Source: Reclinomonas americana ATCC 50394
Lineage: Eukaryota
Assembly: GCA_048213135.1 (NCBI GenBank)
Contig: PS015178.1
Coordinates: forward strand, 57,950 to 93,175
Length of the DNA: 35,226 bases
Direction of reading: 5' to 3'
Shown: piece by piece, positions 23,428 through 35,191 of the stretch
Layout: every line of letters begins with the position of its first letter
How positions within the stretch are numbered: position 1 is the stretch's first letter
Position numbers and translations under genes: made by a program
The notes under the pieces: model-generated
The model's input: only the letters and a program-made list of their open reading frames with translations
Database searches by the model: none
Told to the model about the DNA's origin: nothing

Positions 23428-24230
23428 CTGGCGAAAGATATCACGATATCCGCGAGTCGCGTCTGTCCATTGTCTTCTGTCCGCAGTCGACATCGACTCA
23501 AAAACGAATGGGTGAGTGACAACACGCGCCACTCTGTGTTGTCTCTCACTCACGCGCGCTGTCTCTTTTGTCTCTCCTGCCCTGTGTGCGCGTGTCNNNN
23601 NNNNNNNNNNNNNNNNNNNNNNNNNNNNNNNNNNNNNNNNNNNNNNNNNNNNNNNNNNNNNNNNNNNNNNNNNNNNNNNNNNNNNNNNNNNNNNNNNNNN
23701 NNNNNNNNNNNNNNNNNNNNNNNNNNNNNNNNNNNNNNNNNNNNNNNNNNNNNNNNNNNNNNNNNNNNNNNNNNNNNNNNNNNNNNNNNNNNNNNNNNNN
23801 NNNNNNNNNNNNNNNNNNNNNNNNNNNNNNNNNNNNNNNNNNNNNNNNNNNNNNNNNNNNNNNNNNNNNNNNNNNNNNNNNNNNNNNNNNNNNNNNNNNN
23901 NNNNNNNNNNNNNNNNNNNNNNNNNNNNNNNNNNNNNNNNNNNNNNNNNNNNNNNNNNNNNNNNNNNNNNNNNNNNNNNNNNNNNNNNNNNNNNNNNNNN
24001 NNNNNNNNNNNNNNNNNNNNNCCTTCTCATCGTCGTCGTCGTCGTCTCCGCCGCCCTTCATCTGGCGAAAGATATCACGATATCCGCGAGTCGCGTCTGT
24101 CCATTGTCTTCTGTCCGCAGTCGACATCGACTCAAAAACGAATGGGTGAGTGACAACACGCGCCACTCTGTGTTGTCTCTCACTCACGCGCGCTGTCTCT
24201 TTTGTCTCTCCTGCCCTGTGTGCGCGTGTC
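23388..24230. repeat. Identical ~209-nt duplication (23388-23596 and 24022-24230) flanking an N-gap; probable scaffolding artefact
   Basis: The sequence immediately left of the gap is repeated exactly to its right, offset 634 nt. Confidence 0.85.
23428..23507. promoter_or_regulatory. Putative 80-nt bidirectional promoter between DHHC copy 2 and SPT6
   Basis: Divergent ATGs at 23427 (-) and 23508 (+); the same spacing holds in the duplicated copy (24061/24142). Confidence 0.55.
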
Positions 24231-27200
24231 TCTCTCTGTTGGTGCTCATGTGTGTGTGTGTGAATGCACGCAGAGTTTGTGGATCGCGCGGCTGAAGTGA
24301 GTGGCGATGAGGAGGAAGATGACGAGGAGGACGAGGAGGAGGAGGAGATGACGGCCAAGGATCGTGAGTTTATCGGTGAGTGCAAACCTGCATTGTGCAT
24401 CTCTCTCTCCCTGCGCGCGCGCGTGTGTGTGTGTTGTCTTTTGCGCGCGTGTGTGTGGCATGTCGACTCTGACATCGACGACAACTCACACACACGCACA
24501 CGCGCAGCTGGTGCTTCGTCGTCGTCGGGAGGAGGTGCAGGCGCGATGCAACGAAAGCGACGACGTGCACTCTCTGACGATGAGGAAGGCAACGATGACG
24601 AGGAAGGGGCGCAGCCGTCTGCAAAGGATGGCGAGGAAGAGGAGGACGAGGAGGAGGATGAAGAGGATGAGGATGAGGAAGAGGAGGAGGAGGATGACGA
24701 GGACGGGGAGCCGCAGAAGAAGCGTCGACGCATCGTCTCGGGTCGCAAGCTGAAGCAGCGCAAGGAGGAGTTTATGGCCGAGTTGCAGAATCTGCAGGAT
24801 GTTGCGTGCGCAGCAGCAAAGCTCTTCCTTCTCCTCTCCCGCTGTGCACTCACTGACACGAGCGCGTGCATGTGCAGGATGCGGTGCGATCGTCGAGTGA
24901 CGAGGCGGGTGGCTACTCGGACGAGGAGAAGTCCAAGGCCTCGTCGCAGCGCAAGAAGAAGAGGAGAAGAAAGGAGCATGCGGAGGCGGGCGGTGGTGCA
25001 GGTGGTGCCCGTGCCGGCAGTGACGATGAGGAGGCGGTGGATGCGCTGGTTGCGAAGAAGAAAAAGAAGAAGAAGAAGCTGTCGGTCGTGGACGAGCTGG
25101 AGGAGATGGGCGAGGAAGACGACGACGTGATGCGGTTACCAGAGGATGTGTACGTTGTCCTCCTATGGCTCCCTTCTTTGAGTGCCGAAACGGGGGATAG
25201 CTGATGCGAATTGTCGTGCAGGGGTGGCGGCGACAAGCGACTGACGTCGGTGTTTGGAGATGCGGATCTGCTGGCCGACATGTTGCCGCCCGACGAAGGC
25301 ATGGAGGAGGGTCAGTATGGCGACGCGGAGGCTGGATTCGATGTGTACAGCCGCCTCCTGCAGCGCTTTGAGCCCGCCGAGCTCGCCGAGCGTCATCTCA
25401 CCGACGAAGATGCCGTCATTCTCCACCAGGACATTCCCGAGGAGCTGCAGGTGAGCCAGCGAGTGTCTTTTTCTCTTGTGCCGACCTCACACATACTCAA
25501 TTGTCGTGTGCTCGGTTCCAGGTGCGTCTGCGTCGCCGGCCGCCACCCTCACAAGCGGAGCTGGAGGAGGAGACACGGTGGATCTACCGCACGTATTTCG
25601 AGACGGACGCCTCGACACGCGCCTACGAGGGATTCGGCATTGACGATCCGCGGTACGGCATGTCGTACGCCGAACTCAAGATCAAGGCCATTCGTGCGTG
25701 CCTGGTGGGCATGCTGTGCGAGCACCTGGAGCCGGGTTTCTTGTGGATGTACCGCCGCGATGACTTTCCAGACGGCACACTGGTTCGCCGGGTTCACGCA
25801 CACGTCGTCACTCACTGGGAGATGCTGTTTTGCTCACTGCGATCTGTGTTGTTTTTTCTTGGGCAGACCGCGGTCGATGTGTGGCGTCTGCTGGATTATG
25901 ATGAAATCTGGGTGCGACAGGCCAGGAAGCTGGCCTCGTTGCGTTCGGTGGTGGAAGCCTACAAGGCCGACGAGGCGCGTGCAGTGGACACGGACGAGCA
26001 GAAGGCGTTCTTGGAGGCGTTTGAGCGACTGGTGCTGCGAGCCGTGGAGGAGGGTGCGAAGGAGGCCGAGGTCGAAGACATGTTTTCGTACTGGCAAATC
26101 ATGACCACTGTGGGCGAGGCCAAGTCGCTGGTCCGGCGTGACGAGTACCATCGATTGGTTCGCGTCGGTTTCAACGAGTACATTGCCAAGTTGCGCTTGA
26201 ACGTGCACGAGTACCTCGACACCATTATGAATGCCGGTGTGCCCGAGTCTATTGAGGTGCGTTGCTATGTGCGTGACAGTGTTGGCTTCTTGCCTCTCTG
26301 ACTGTGTGTCGTGATTGCGCGCCGCAGCCCTACCACTTGGATCCGGTGGAGTTTGTGTCGCAAGAGTGCGAGCCACTGCTGTTCTCGCTGGAGACGTTGA
26401 CAACGGAGGATGCGGTGCTGGCCGGCATTCGCAAGGTGGTGGCCACTCGCATTGCGCACGAGCCGGAGTTGCGACGCCGCATGCGTGATGCGTTGCGCGA
26501 CTCGGCCGTGGTGTCCACCCAGCCGACGGAGAAGGGCGACAAGACGATTGACGTGTTCCATCCGGACGCCAATGTCAAGCGCATTGTCAACAAGCCGGTG
26601 TACAGATTCTTGCGCGATCAGGACGACGTGCACTTCTTGCACATGGTGGTGGCGGAGAAGCGTGGACACATTGAGATTGACATTCGAGACGAGGAGCCGG
26701 AGAAGACGATGCAGAGGGTGCGTGCGCAGCATGCATGTGCGCGGTTGCTGTCGCGCTGTATATTTTGATGTTGACAAATGTGTCGCTCGCAGGTACTGCA
26801 ACCCGAGTGCTTCCTCATTGACAGCCACTCTGCACTCGCCACGGCATGGAACGAGCAGCGCCGTCTCATTCTGCAGGATGTGCAGGAGATGTTGTATGAG
26901 GCGTGCATTCCGGAGATTCGCTCCGAGTTGCTAAAGGTCGCCGAGGACAATGCCATGGATTTGTGTGCGCGCAAGCTGCGCAATCTGGTGTACCATCGTG
27001 GATTCGTGCCCCCCGGCTACAATCCCAACGACGCGTCGGGTCTGTTACTCATGCACGGGTCCTGTGTCGCCGGTGCAGGAACTGATTTGTTCTGTGACAG
27101 ATCCATGGTTCTTGGTGGCCTGCGTGTACCAAGATGCCAACAACCCCATTCACTTTGTCAAGGTCACCATGGAAGGCGATGTTGCGTTTGACGCGTGTTG

Positions 27201-30200
27201 TTTTCTTTCCGTCATCGTTGTTGTCTGTGTGTACCGACCTGGCGATTGTTGTTGTTCAGTATGTGGATTCGCTGGTGTGGGGCCTGCGCGACATGGCGGG
27301 CGGCATGCGCTCCGTCGAGTACACGCGAGATATGGAGAGCCAGCATCACACCCTCGCCATGTGGCTGCAGGAGGGCAATGTGCGCGGCCTGGTGGTCGGT
27401 GTGCGTGACCAGACGGTACGACGGCTGCTCGGCGAGCTGCGCAAGCTGATTGACGAGTCCGCCGACCTCAAAGACCACGTGACGCTGATCGACATGGACG
27501 AGGATATTGCAAAGTTGTACGAAGCCGGCGAACTGGCCACAAATGAGTATCCCGACTGGACCGACTCGAATGGTCTGGCCAAGAGGTTTGTTGATGGGAG
27601 CAGGGGTGGGCGATTTGAAATTGTGTGCGGGCACGTGCTAATGGTGATGCAGACGGTGCTTGTCGCTCGCACGACGAGTGCTGGAGCCACTGTGGGAGTT
27701 CTCCTGCCTGTTCAACACCAACAAGGACATTCTCAAAGTGCACATGCACACGTTCCAGTCGGCAGTTGTGTCTCTGCAGCCTTCCTCAATTCATGCAAGA
27801 TCGAGCTCCTCAACTCTCTTCTGTGCAGTTGCCGCAAGACCGTCTCATGATGCGTCTGCGAGAGGAGATGCGCATTGTGACTGCCACGGTTGGTGTGCGT
27901 GTGAACATTGTGATTCATCGACCGCACGCGTGGCCAGTGTTGCAATTCGTCGCCGGCTTGGGACCCCGCAAGGCGCCCGATCTGGTGGTGCAATTGCAGA
28001 AGCTGGAGGTGCGTCTCTTAGAGTGACTCACTTGTGTGTGCCTGCCACTGCTCACATTCACGCACAACAGGGAGGCTGCTTGCAGTCGCGACACCAGCTG
28101 CTGCAGCTGGTGGGCGAGGTGGTTTTCAACAATGCGGCTGGTTTCCTGTTTGTGACGCTGGACGACGAGGAGGGCAGTGGTGGATGTTGCGGCACGCATC
28201 ATTGTCTTTTGCTGCGCGCTCTCGCTTATCTTGTCTCTTCTCTCCCCCTCTCTCTCACACGCGACAGCGCTGGTGGAGCGGAGTCGCATCCATCCCGAAT
28301 TCTACCCGCTGGCCATCAAAATCGCCGTCGACGCTCTCGACCAGGAGGTCTCACCGGACCCGATTTTGCGCATGCAAGAGTACTATCAGCGTCACATGAC
28401 GTTTGCCGAGTTGCTCGACTCGGATGGCCTCGACCCGCTGCTCAACTACGTGGACGACCTGAAGCGACGCAATCTGAGTGCGGAGACACTCTTCCCCGCT
28501 GGTTTGTGTTGGATGGAGGGAAAGGGATGTGTTGCGAGATGAGCATGCGCTTGACGAATGCTCTGTGAATGCAGCTCAAATCGAGAAGCTGGGCATGTGT
28601 GCGAGCGAGTACGTCGAACGGAGTGTGCCGTTCAGCAAGGAGCGCACTGTCACTGCGTTGGCGGGTTCGTGTGTGGCCCCCGTCTTGATCATTTCAGTTT
28701 TCTTCATCCTTCTCACGCATTCATACAGCAGACCGAGGGAAAAATGTTGGCAATGGCAACGATGACGACGACCTCGGAGATGACTTGGACGATGCGGACG
28801 ACGACGATGATGAGATTGGCGACGACGAGTTGGCGGCCCTCGGCGGCAATGGCGATGACGCGTGCGTGCTCTTTCCTTGAGAGTATTCTCCTCGTGCATT
28901 CCTCATTCTTTTTGCTCAACGCGACAGTCAACTTGCTGAGGCTCGTGCGGCTCGTCAGCGAGAGCGTGAGGAGAGGCGGCGGCAGCGTGAAGCTCGACGT
29001 CAAAAGTTGCGCAACCACATGACCGCGCAGTGGTTGCGTCAGGCATCCCACACGTGTTGATTGACCGACGATCTTCTTGCAGACGACTGCTGGACAAGAC
29101 TCCGTTGCATGTGGTGATTATGCGCGGATCGATCATCAGTGCGGCGTTCTTGTGCCAGCGCGAAATCGATCATGCAGGGGAGGACGAACGACCGCCGTTT
29201 GCGGAGCCGACCATGGAGGAGCGATTCCGCATGCTGTTTGGTGACATTCCGGGCGTGACTCTGATGGAGGGCATGCCGGTGTTGGCCGAAGTCGTCCGAC
29301 GTTGCGTTGCTCTCATTCTTTCTCACGCACCTTTTCGTATTTACTCAATCTGTGTGCGCGCGCAGCGGCACAAACGGCCTCCGACTACAGCGACAACAAG
29401 GCCAGCAAAATCATCTGCCGACTCACCGACAACAGCTGTCCTGCCATCTACTTTGCCAACGACCCCACACCCGCCGAGTGCACACGTGGTTCGATTTTGG
29501 ATCTGTGTGTGGAGCGTATCGAGTTGCCGCAACCGTCTGTTGCGTGCCGCATTCGTCTTCTCCGCATCTGTTGTTGTGTTTTCGCGCTGGTTGACATCCG
29601 TGTCCAGGAACCATCCATGATGTTGGATATGGCGCGCGACGCGCCATGGTGGGATCGCATGCAAGTCAAATTGCAGACGAGAGACACTACGCGTGAGCGT
29701 GATGCATCGACGCGCAACTTTGACGAGTACCTGAGATTCACGGCACCGCCCGAGTATCGCGCCAGCTCCTCGACCAGTTGCGTATCGGCAAGAGAATGCA
29801 GCTGCTGTGCTGTGCGGCTGCTGATTGTGTTCCTGCAGCCAAGCGGTCGTCGCGCACCCTGGTCAGTCGCCCTATCAATCATCCGTTCTTCCGCAACTGG
29901 ACGTGGAGCGAGGCCAAGGAGCACTTGAAGGTGGATCATCCATTGTTGGGGCATTTTTCGGGTTTGTCGACTGACATGGTGACGTGATCACGCAGGATGC
30001 ACCGATTGGCGACCTGATCATCAGACCAAAGCCCGGCAACCATGCGCGCCTCTGCATCAGTTTCAAATTCTTCTCTGGTCTCGTCAGCAACATCGAGGTG
30101 GAGGAGAAAGACAAGCCCAATCCATTAGCACTCGGTCAGCGTTTGCTGCTGGACAAGCACGAGTTCGAGGATCTCGACGAAGTTGCGTGACCACGCACCA

Positions 30201-31281
30201 GTTGTGTGCGCCTCGCCGCGATGGCTCATCTCTCTTGGTTAGGTGTGCGAGCGTTACATTGCGCGTCTGATGACGACCGCACGCAAAATGGCCGAGCACC
30301 GCAAGTTTACCGATGCCACCGAGGAGAAGATTGAGGAGATGCTGCAGGCGGAGCTCCGTGCGAACCCGCGTGCCATCCCCTATCGCATTGCCGTGCATCG
30401 TGCCACCTACCGCTCGATGCATTTTGCCATTTACTACATGACACGGCACTCGTCGCTGATGCACAAGAGCGTCAAGCCGGCGCCGGAGGGTTTCTACTTC
30501 CGCAAGTCGCTGTTCAAGAAGCCGGAGGAGGTGATCAATGCCTTCAAGAAGGATCTGGAGGAGGAATTCCGCAAGGCACGCTCCAGTCGCAGTCAGCCGT
30601 CACCTGCTGGCGGCGGAAGCTCGCACGGCATGCCGATGCTGTCACCGCTGCAGTCGTACACCTCACCGCTGGTCAACGAATCACCTCGGTCGGGGTCAAG
30701 TGGCTCCGCCATCTCTACGCCACCCATGCACTCCAGTGCGTTGTCGTCATCGTCGTCGTCGATCGGCAAGCTTCGTGCGCATTGCGATACTCACCTCGTG
30801 CGTCTGTGTGTTTGCAGACTCGAGCATGGATCGCTGGATGTCGGCAGCGCGCGGAATCGCGCCTCCGATACCATCACCGAGTATGCACTCTGGTGTGTCG
30901 ACTCCTTCTCCGTTCGGCCGCCCCAGTGGCGGCGGCGCACCGCCACCACCACCACCACCGCCGCCACCATCGGGTGGCAGCTCGTTTTCGGCACCGCGAC
31001 CACCACCGTCGTCGTCGGGACGTGCGGTCGGCAGCTCACCAGCCCGCGATTCGTACGGAGGTGGGGGAGCTGGGGGTTACTACAACCAACCACCACCACC
31101 ACCACCACCACCACCGTCGTACCCGCAGCAGCCGTCACGATACGACAACAGTCCGTCGATGGCCACTCCACCACTTTATCAGTCGCCCAGCTCGGGAAGA
31201 CACGGTGCTCCGCCACCACCGCCTCCACCGCCGCCGCCGCCGCCTCCAGAGCGTGCTGACGACGATATGGAAATGGACTGA
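24142..31281 (+). CDS. SPT6: Transcription elongation factor / histone chaperone SPT6
   Basis: Micro first exon ATGG|GTGAGT (24142; duplicate at 23508) gives MEFVDRAAEVSGDEEE. Acidic N-terminus, then RFEPAELAERHLTDEDAVILHQDIPEELQ, AWNEQRRLIL, SLARRVLEPL, LQFVAGLGPRKA (HhH), SRIHPEFYPLAIKIAVDAL, an S1-like region, tandem SH2 (RPINHPFFRN, GDLIIRP, FEDLDEVCERYI) and a Pro/Ser-rich tail ending DDDMEMD*. Confidence 0.95.
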
Positions 31282-31377
31282 GCGAATGAGAGGGAGAATG
31301 AGAGGGAGGGGGCGGGAAGAGAAATGGTAGTGAAGTTGTCCTGCGTGTCACACGTCCAACTAAACGAACAAACAATC

Positions 31378-34069
31378 ATGCATTGGCAAACGCCACTTGC
31401 GTTCACGCTTCTGTTGGTGTTGCTGTCGGTGTTGCCGGCGCAGTATGCCGCAGGCACGGGAGGTGTGTGCGTGTCTGTGTGTACATCGCTCTCTCTCTCC
31501 CCTTCTGTCTCTCTCTCGCATTTCTCCTCACGGATGTGCAGTGTCAACACAGGTGACTGTCAATGTCGCCGCTGAGGCCTACGAGACTCGTGTGGTGGCA
31601 CCCGTTGCACTGGTTTGTGGCTTTTATGCGAGAGAAACCGAGAGACAACTGACGACGACGTGCATTCACGCGCGCAGTCTCCAGTGCCACCCATCCCTCT
31701 GCTCTTCCGATCCGTGCTGGTTGTCAGTGTGGTGTCGCCCAAGGTCATTCCGATCGCTTCACTCCCGCACACTTGCTTGCACCTGCATGCAACTCAATGC
31801 ACACACACAGATGGACCATCACAGCCTGCGCGACTTTGTCGGCGCTGTGCACCAGTGCAGCCTCCATCTGCAAGTGCTACTGGTGTCGTTTGAGCAGACT
31901 GGTGGTCGCCTGTCGGAGGCGTTGACTGGAGAGATCGGTGTCTGGGTCAACACCATGTATGTGCACGACGGGGAGACGAAATGGGACGAGGAGAACAGCG
32001 ATGCTGCGGGCTTCTGGTCGGCGTTGCAGGGTGTGGCGAGGCAGCACGCACCTGACAAGGATATGCTGTTCATGCAACCCTCGGTGCTGTTGCACAACTG
32101 CCCCATTCGCGGCGCCGAGATCCTCACTGGTGTCACTGCCAAGCCGCTGCCGGCCACGCGACCCCGCGCCTTCCCCTGGTTGCCACACACTGCATGGTAA
32201 CAGAAGCAGTGCCTTGAACAGACTGTGGCTGTGTCATGAACACTGATGTGCTGTGTTGTGTGCGCGCTTCAGGCTCCCCCTCAGTGGCCGTTCGGCAGCA
32301 AAGTGCCCGACCGGCCGTCGGTGTGATGGTGCCATGCTCTTTGTGGAGAATATGACACCGGCTGGTCGCTGCCACTTGGCGCTACACAATCGGGAACCCG
32401 TGCGGCAAACGACGCTTCTCGTCAACTATTCGCCGAGTGGTGCGGTGGAGGAGCGTGAGCATGTCGGTCAGCGCGACTCTGGCTCGGCAGCACCACGTCC
32501 CGAGGTGTGCGTGCTCATGCCGGCCTACCATCGCAACGTGTCGGTGCCGCTAATGGCAGGCGATCTGTTCCACACGTTCATGAATCAGGTTTGCACTTCT
32601 TCTTTGTTCTTCCTGGTGCGTGTGTGACGTGAGTTGTTGCAGACTGTTCCGGCGCTGTTGGAGGACGCTGACGGCTCCTACGACTTAGCATTCTACTGGG
32701 CCATGCACACAGACAATGTCCACCTGGAACACCCGGGGTTCCTGGAAGCTGCGCTGCTTGGCGAGGTTTGGTGGACAGAGAGCGAGAGAGTGACGAGGTG
32801 GATTGTGTTGCTTCCTGCTGACACTCGTCGATTGTCAGTTCCGCAAAGCGGTGATAGCGGCCAAGCGCGCCGATCTGGCCTTGCGCTACGTAACGTACAG
32901 AACGGCGCTGGGTGAGTTGTTGTGCGATATTTTTCGCCTTTGCCCACGGTGTCTCAATGAGCGCTGCAGGGCCGCCGAGCGACAACATTTACTATCCACG
33001 AAACCAGATGGCACCCGTTGCGCGAGTGGGAACAAGCATGCATCTCGCCATCTCTCCCATTCTCTCATCGCATAATGCACAGGCTGCCTTTCGTGATGGA
33101 TGTGCTTACTTTTTCGTGCGTACATTCCCCGCCTTGCTGTCGTAGGAGGTGTCCACGTCTCACGACAGTGGTGCACAGGTCACGGACAATGACGCAATCT
33201 ACACGAAACGTGGCTTCCTCAACGAGTTTTGTGTTGCTGTCGACCGCGGTAGGATTGTTGTCGACGACATACTCACTTTGCTGCACTTGCACAGGTGGGT
33301 ACAAACTCTGCGCTCGCGACTCGATTTCGGGGCGGTCGGAACTGGTTGGCAACGGCGCCTGTTCAACGCGTTCATGGTCCCCCGGTCGCACGTCGAGATC
33401 TTTGGTCATGTGAGTGCCTGTGATGACTGTGCGTGCTGTTCGCCTGCTGCTGCTCACTGTTGAGCGACTTCGCAGATATGGTCGCCGTTCTTCCACAACT
33501 GGTGCGGATGTCGCCAGCATGTTGTCATCCGTTTTGTTGCCACTCTCATCGTGAGCACGCACGCAGGGTTGGCGACGACTGGGCACAGCAAGTGTACGCC
33601 GACGACGACCGAGTGTGGACATCAGTGGCCGTGCACGGAAGCAACGAAACGACATACTGTTGCGCGCGACACGAGTTGCAATCAATGGCGTGCAAGGCAA
33701 TCTGTGCTCACATCGATGTGCACACAAACAGCGCACTGCGGCTCCCCGTACACCATTCGCGCCTTGCCGTGCACCGTTGAAATGTCGAGAAGAGCCATTG
33801 CACGATGGCTGCGGCAGAAGCAGCAATGGGCGGCACATCCGGCAGTGGCGTTGCGTTTTGAGTGTCTGTGAGAACGGGGAGCGATAGTGAGAATGACTCG
33901 TTCTTTTGGCTGCAGCGACTGGTTTGGCACCAAGCTACGCGTGTACGAAGTGGCCGTCGGCAAGGCCATGGCAGAGGACTGGTGTCTGACTGCTTTCCGC
34001 CATCACGTGAGCGCCATGGAAGTCTTCATGACGAATCCTCTCCTCGACAACACACCACCAGGCGTGTAA
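31378..34069 (+). CDS. Signal-peptide protein with C-terminal GT-A-fold glycosyltransferase-like domain
   Basis: N-terminal signal/anchor MHWQTPLAFTLLLVLLSVLPAQYAAG. Spliced C-terminal half: VCVLMPAY, DGCAYFFVTDND (DxD), DFGAVG, AFMVPRSHVEIFGHIWSPFFHNWVGDDWAQQVY, which fits a GT2-like nucleotide-sugar-binding layout. Stop TAA 34067-34069. Confidence 0.7.
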
Positions 34070-34657
34070 TCAATCTATCGTGCAATGCTGCTGCTGNNNN
34101 NNNNNNNNNNNNNNNNNNNNNNNNNNNNNNNNNNNNNNNNNNNNNNNNNNNNNNNNNNNNNNNNNNNNNNNNNNNNNNNNNNNNNNNNNNNNNNNNNNNN
34201 NNNNNNNNNNNNNNNNNNNNNNNNNNNNNNNNNNNNNNNNNNNNNNNNNNNNNNNNNNNNNNNNNNNNNNNNNNNNNNNNNNNNNNNNNNNNNNNNNNNN
34301 NNNNNNNNNNNNNNNNNNNNNNNNNNNNNNNNNNNNNNNNNNNNNNNNNNNNNNNNNNNNNNNNNNNNNNNNNNNNNNNNNNNNNNNNNNNNNNNNNNNN
34401 NNNNNNNNNNNNNNNNNNNNNNNNNNNNNNNNNNNNNNNNNNNNNNNNNNNNNNNNNNNNNNNNNNNNNNNNNNNNNNNNNNNNNNNNNNNNNNNNNNNN
34501 NNNNNNNNNNNNNNNNNNNNNNNNNNNNNNNNNNNNNNNNNNNNNNNNNNNNNNNNNNNNNNNNNNNNNATCGTCAACATAACAATGTGGTTCATTAAAC
34601 AGCTACTTCACAATAAACAAAAAGTGTCTTGCATACAATGCAGACGATACGATACGA

Positions 34658-35191
34658 CTACGTCTGCGACAGCATGCTGCGCAACATACTTCGTGCAGCA
34701 GCACGCTTGCGATCATCCGGCGGCGTCTGCCGCTCCGGCCGCAGTGCACTCATCCGCACGCGAGGAGTAGTGACTACCGCCTCCGCTCCCTTCTCCGCGA
34801 CTCGCCCCGCCTTGTTGGGCGACGGCAATGCACCGGCTGTTCCATCGGACGGGCCCGGTGAGCGACTCACCGGCGACTGCTGAGCGAGTAGAGAGCGCCG
34901 ACGCGGTGTGGAGGACGACGACTTGGTCGGTGGCGTGCCCGGCGGCTGCGGTCCCGGCGCTGCCGTCGTCGTTGTGGTGACTGGCGACAGCGCCGACTCG
35001 GTGGCCAGGTGTTCCATCTCGGGGCGGTCGCTGTCGCCCGCTGAACTCTCCGACGTCGGTGGCGACATGGGCTCCTCCTCGTTCAGCGCCATGAGAGGGC
35101 GAAGTGGGCTCGACGGCTGACGCACGGCGAGCCGGACGGTGCATGAAAGCAGTCGAATCGGGGGGTGCCGGTGCAGATTGTCGACGGCCTC
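34658..35191 (-). CDS. Probable 3' exon of a gene extending beyond the window (Ser/Pro/Thr-rich disordered tail)
   Basis: GTGAC...ACACAG acceptor near 35192 on the minus strand, then an open frame (EAVDNLHRHPPIRL...RSMLSQT*) to TAG at 34658-34660. No domain recognised. Confidence 0.5.
   Translation of the reverse strand, partial: EAVDNLHRHPPIRLLSCTVRLAVRQPSSPLRPLMALNEEEPMSPPTSESSAGDSDRPEMEHLATESALSPVTTTTTAAPGPQPPGTPPTKSSSSTPRRRSLLAQQSPVSRSPGPSDGTAGALPSPNKAGRVAEKGAEAVVTTPRVRMSALRPERQTPPDDRKRAAARSMLRSMLSQT

Noticed and set aside
23388-24230. Apparent duplication of the DHHC2/SPT6 promoter and first exons
   Set aside because: The copies are identical and directly flank an N-gap, which is typical of unmerged overlapping contig ends rather than a biological duplication.
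28530-28536. GTTGCG as an SPT6 donor
   Set aside because: Its phase does not match the downstream acceptor; G|GTTTGT at 28502 fits. Excluded from the donor list. The GTTGCG near 28186 was also left out because an alternative donor fits equally well.
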